From the NCBI GenBank assembly GCA_965223265.1, contig OZ244999.1, positions 3,061,092 to 3,125,091 on the forward strand: a DNA stretch of 64,000 nucleotides, read 5' to 3'. Positions 63,756 to 64,000 of this stretch are shown one piece after another. Source of the stretch: Planctomycetota bacterium. Its GTDB lineage: Bacteria; Planctomycetota; UBA8108; SXIK01. Made by a program: the position numbers and the translations under genes. Below the pieces are notes generated by a model. That model saw nothing but the letters and a program-made list of their open reading frames with translations. It did not search any database and was not told the origin of the DNA. Every line of letters starts with the position of its first letter. The first letter of the stretch is position 1.

Positions 63756-64000
63756 CCCGACTGGTCTCACTCAAGAATTGTTTCACGACATCGAATGCTT
63801 GTTGTATGGACGCCGCGTCAGGTTCGTAGCGGGCAAACTTGACCCGATCGGAGACGCGCAGAAAATCCTCGAGGCGGGCGCGATGTTGCCCTAAAGAAGG
63901 ATGGAGCGAAGCCTCACGCATGAACTCTTCCGTCGTCCGCTCAGGCGCCCGCACCGCGAAGCGGTTTTCGATGTACTCCCGCAAGATGCTCGAAAGGTAG
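63736..64000 (-). CDS. DUF4381-like protein of Bat/MoxR operons (partial; N-terminus right of the window)
   Basis: The frame stays open to the window edge (...YLSSILREYIENRFAVRAPERTTEEF...RVSDRVKFARYEP...). This is the usual gene immediately upstream of batA. It overlaps the batA start by 20 nt. Confidence 0.55.
   Translation of the reverse strand, partial: YLSSILREYIENRFAVRAPERTTEEFMREASLHPSLGQHRARLEDFLRVSDRVKFARYEPDAASIQQAFDVVKQFLSETSRDAVQSV

Noticed and set aside
1-64000. Mobile elements, prophage, defence islands, toxin-antitoxin pairs, rRNA/tRNA genes.
   Set aside because: Reading both strands, I found no integrase, transposase, recombinase, phage structural, restriction, Cas or TA-like products, and no flanking long inverted or direct repeats. 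All intergenic gaps are under 400 nt.

Overview
This is a 64 kb high-GC, gene-dense chromosomal segment with about 52 protein genes. I found no rRNA, tRNA, CRISPR array, integrase or transposase. The gene content points to a Planctomycetota (Pirellula-like) genome: a DUF1549/DUF1553 plus DUF1501 pair, a formylglycine-type sulfatase, Tat-signal enzymes, EF-hand and dockerin-like modules, and a Bat/VWA operon. This taxonomic call is an inference from family content, not a search result.

Housekeeping genes recognised by motif are leuS, purU, sdhCAB (single cytochrome b anchor), htpG, a UbiD-family decarboxylase and a RegB/PrrB-like redox sensor kinase that is cut by the left edge.

Accessory modules:
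- (a) DUF1549/1553, DUF1501 and an 8x EF-hand secreted protein.
- (b) An Atu/Liu-like acyl-CoA cluster with tightly coupled genes, a split AtuA (DUF1446 plus a small C-terminal piece) and a carboxyltransferase, but no biotin carboxylase subunit in the window.
- (c) A glycosyltransferase and D-2-hydroxyacid dehydrogenase pair, followed by an 18-bp x10 tandem repeat that may encode an (ESEAEA)n acidic, His-rich peptide.
- (d) A sulfatase plus DapA-family lyase pair.
- (e) A CoxM/S/L-type molybdenum hydroxylase operon ending in a MoaD/ThiS/CysO-like ubiquitin-fold protein whose C-terminus is GGGL rather than GG.
- (f) A sugar-acid style island: enolase-superfamily enzyme, SSS and GntP transporters, Gfo/Idh/MocA, SDR and an unknown Tat protein.
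- (g) A DUF4381-BatA-BatB-giant BatC-BatD-BatE operon followed by a polysaccharide deacetylase.

The non-genic signals are four unrelated short direct-repeat arrays, one near-tandem with one or two extra copies nearby and three strictly tandem, plus two inverted repeats, in gene-flanking DNA.

No single locus is an unambiguous new system. The best candidates for follow-up are (a), (b), (c), (e) and the repeat arrays. All family calls rest on reading motifs in the supplied translations; no database search was possible.
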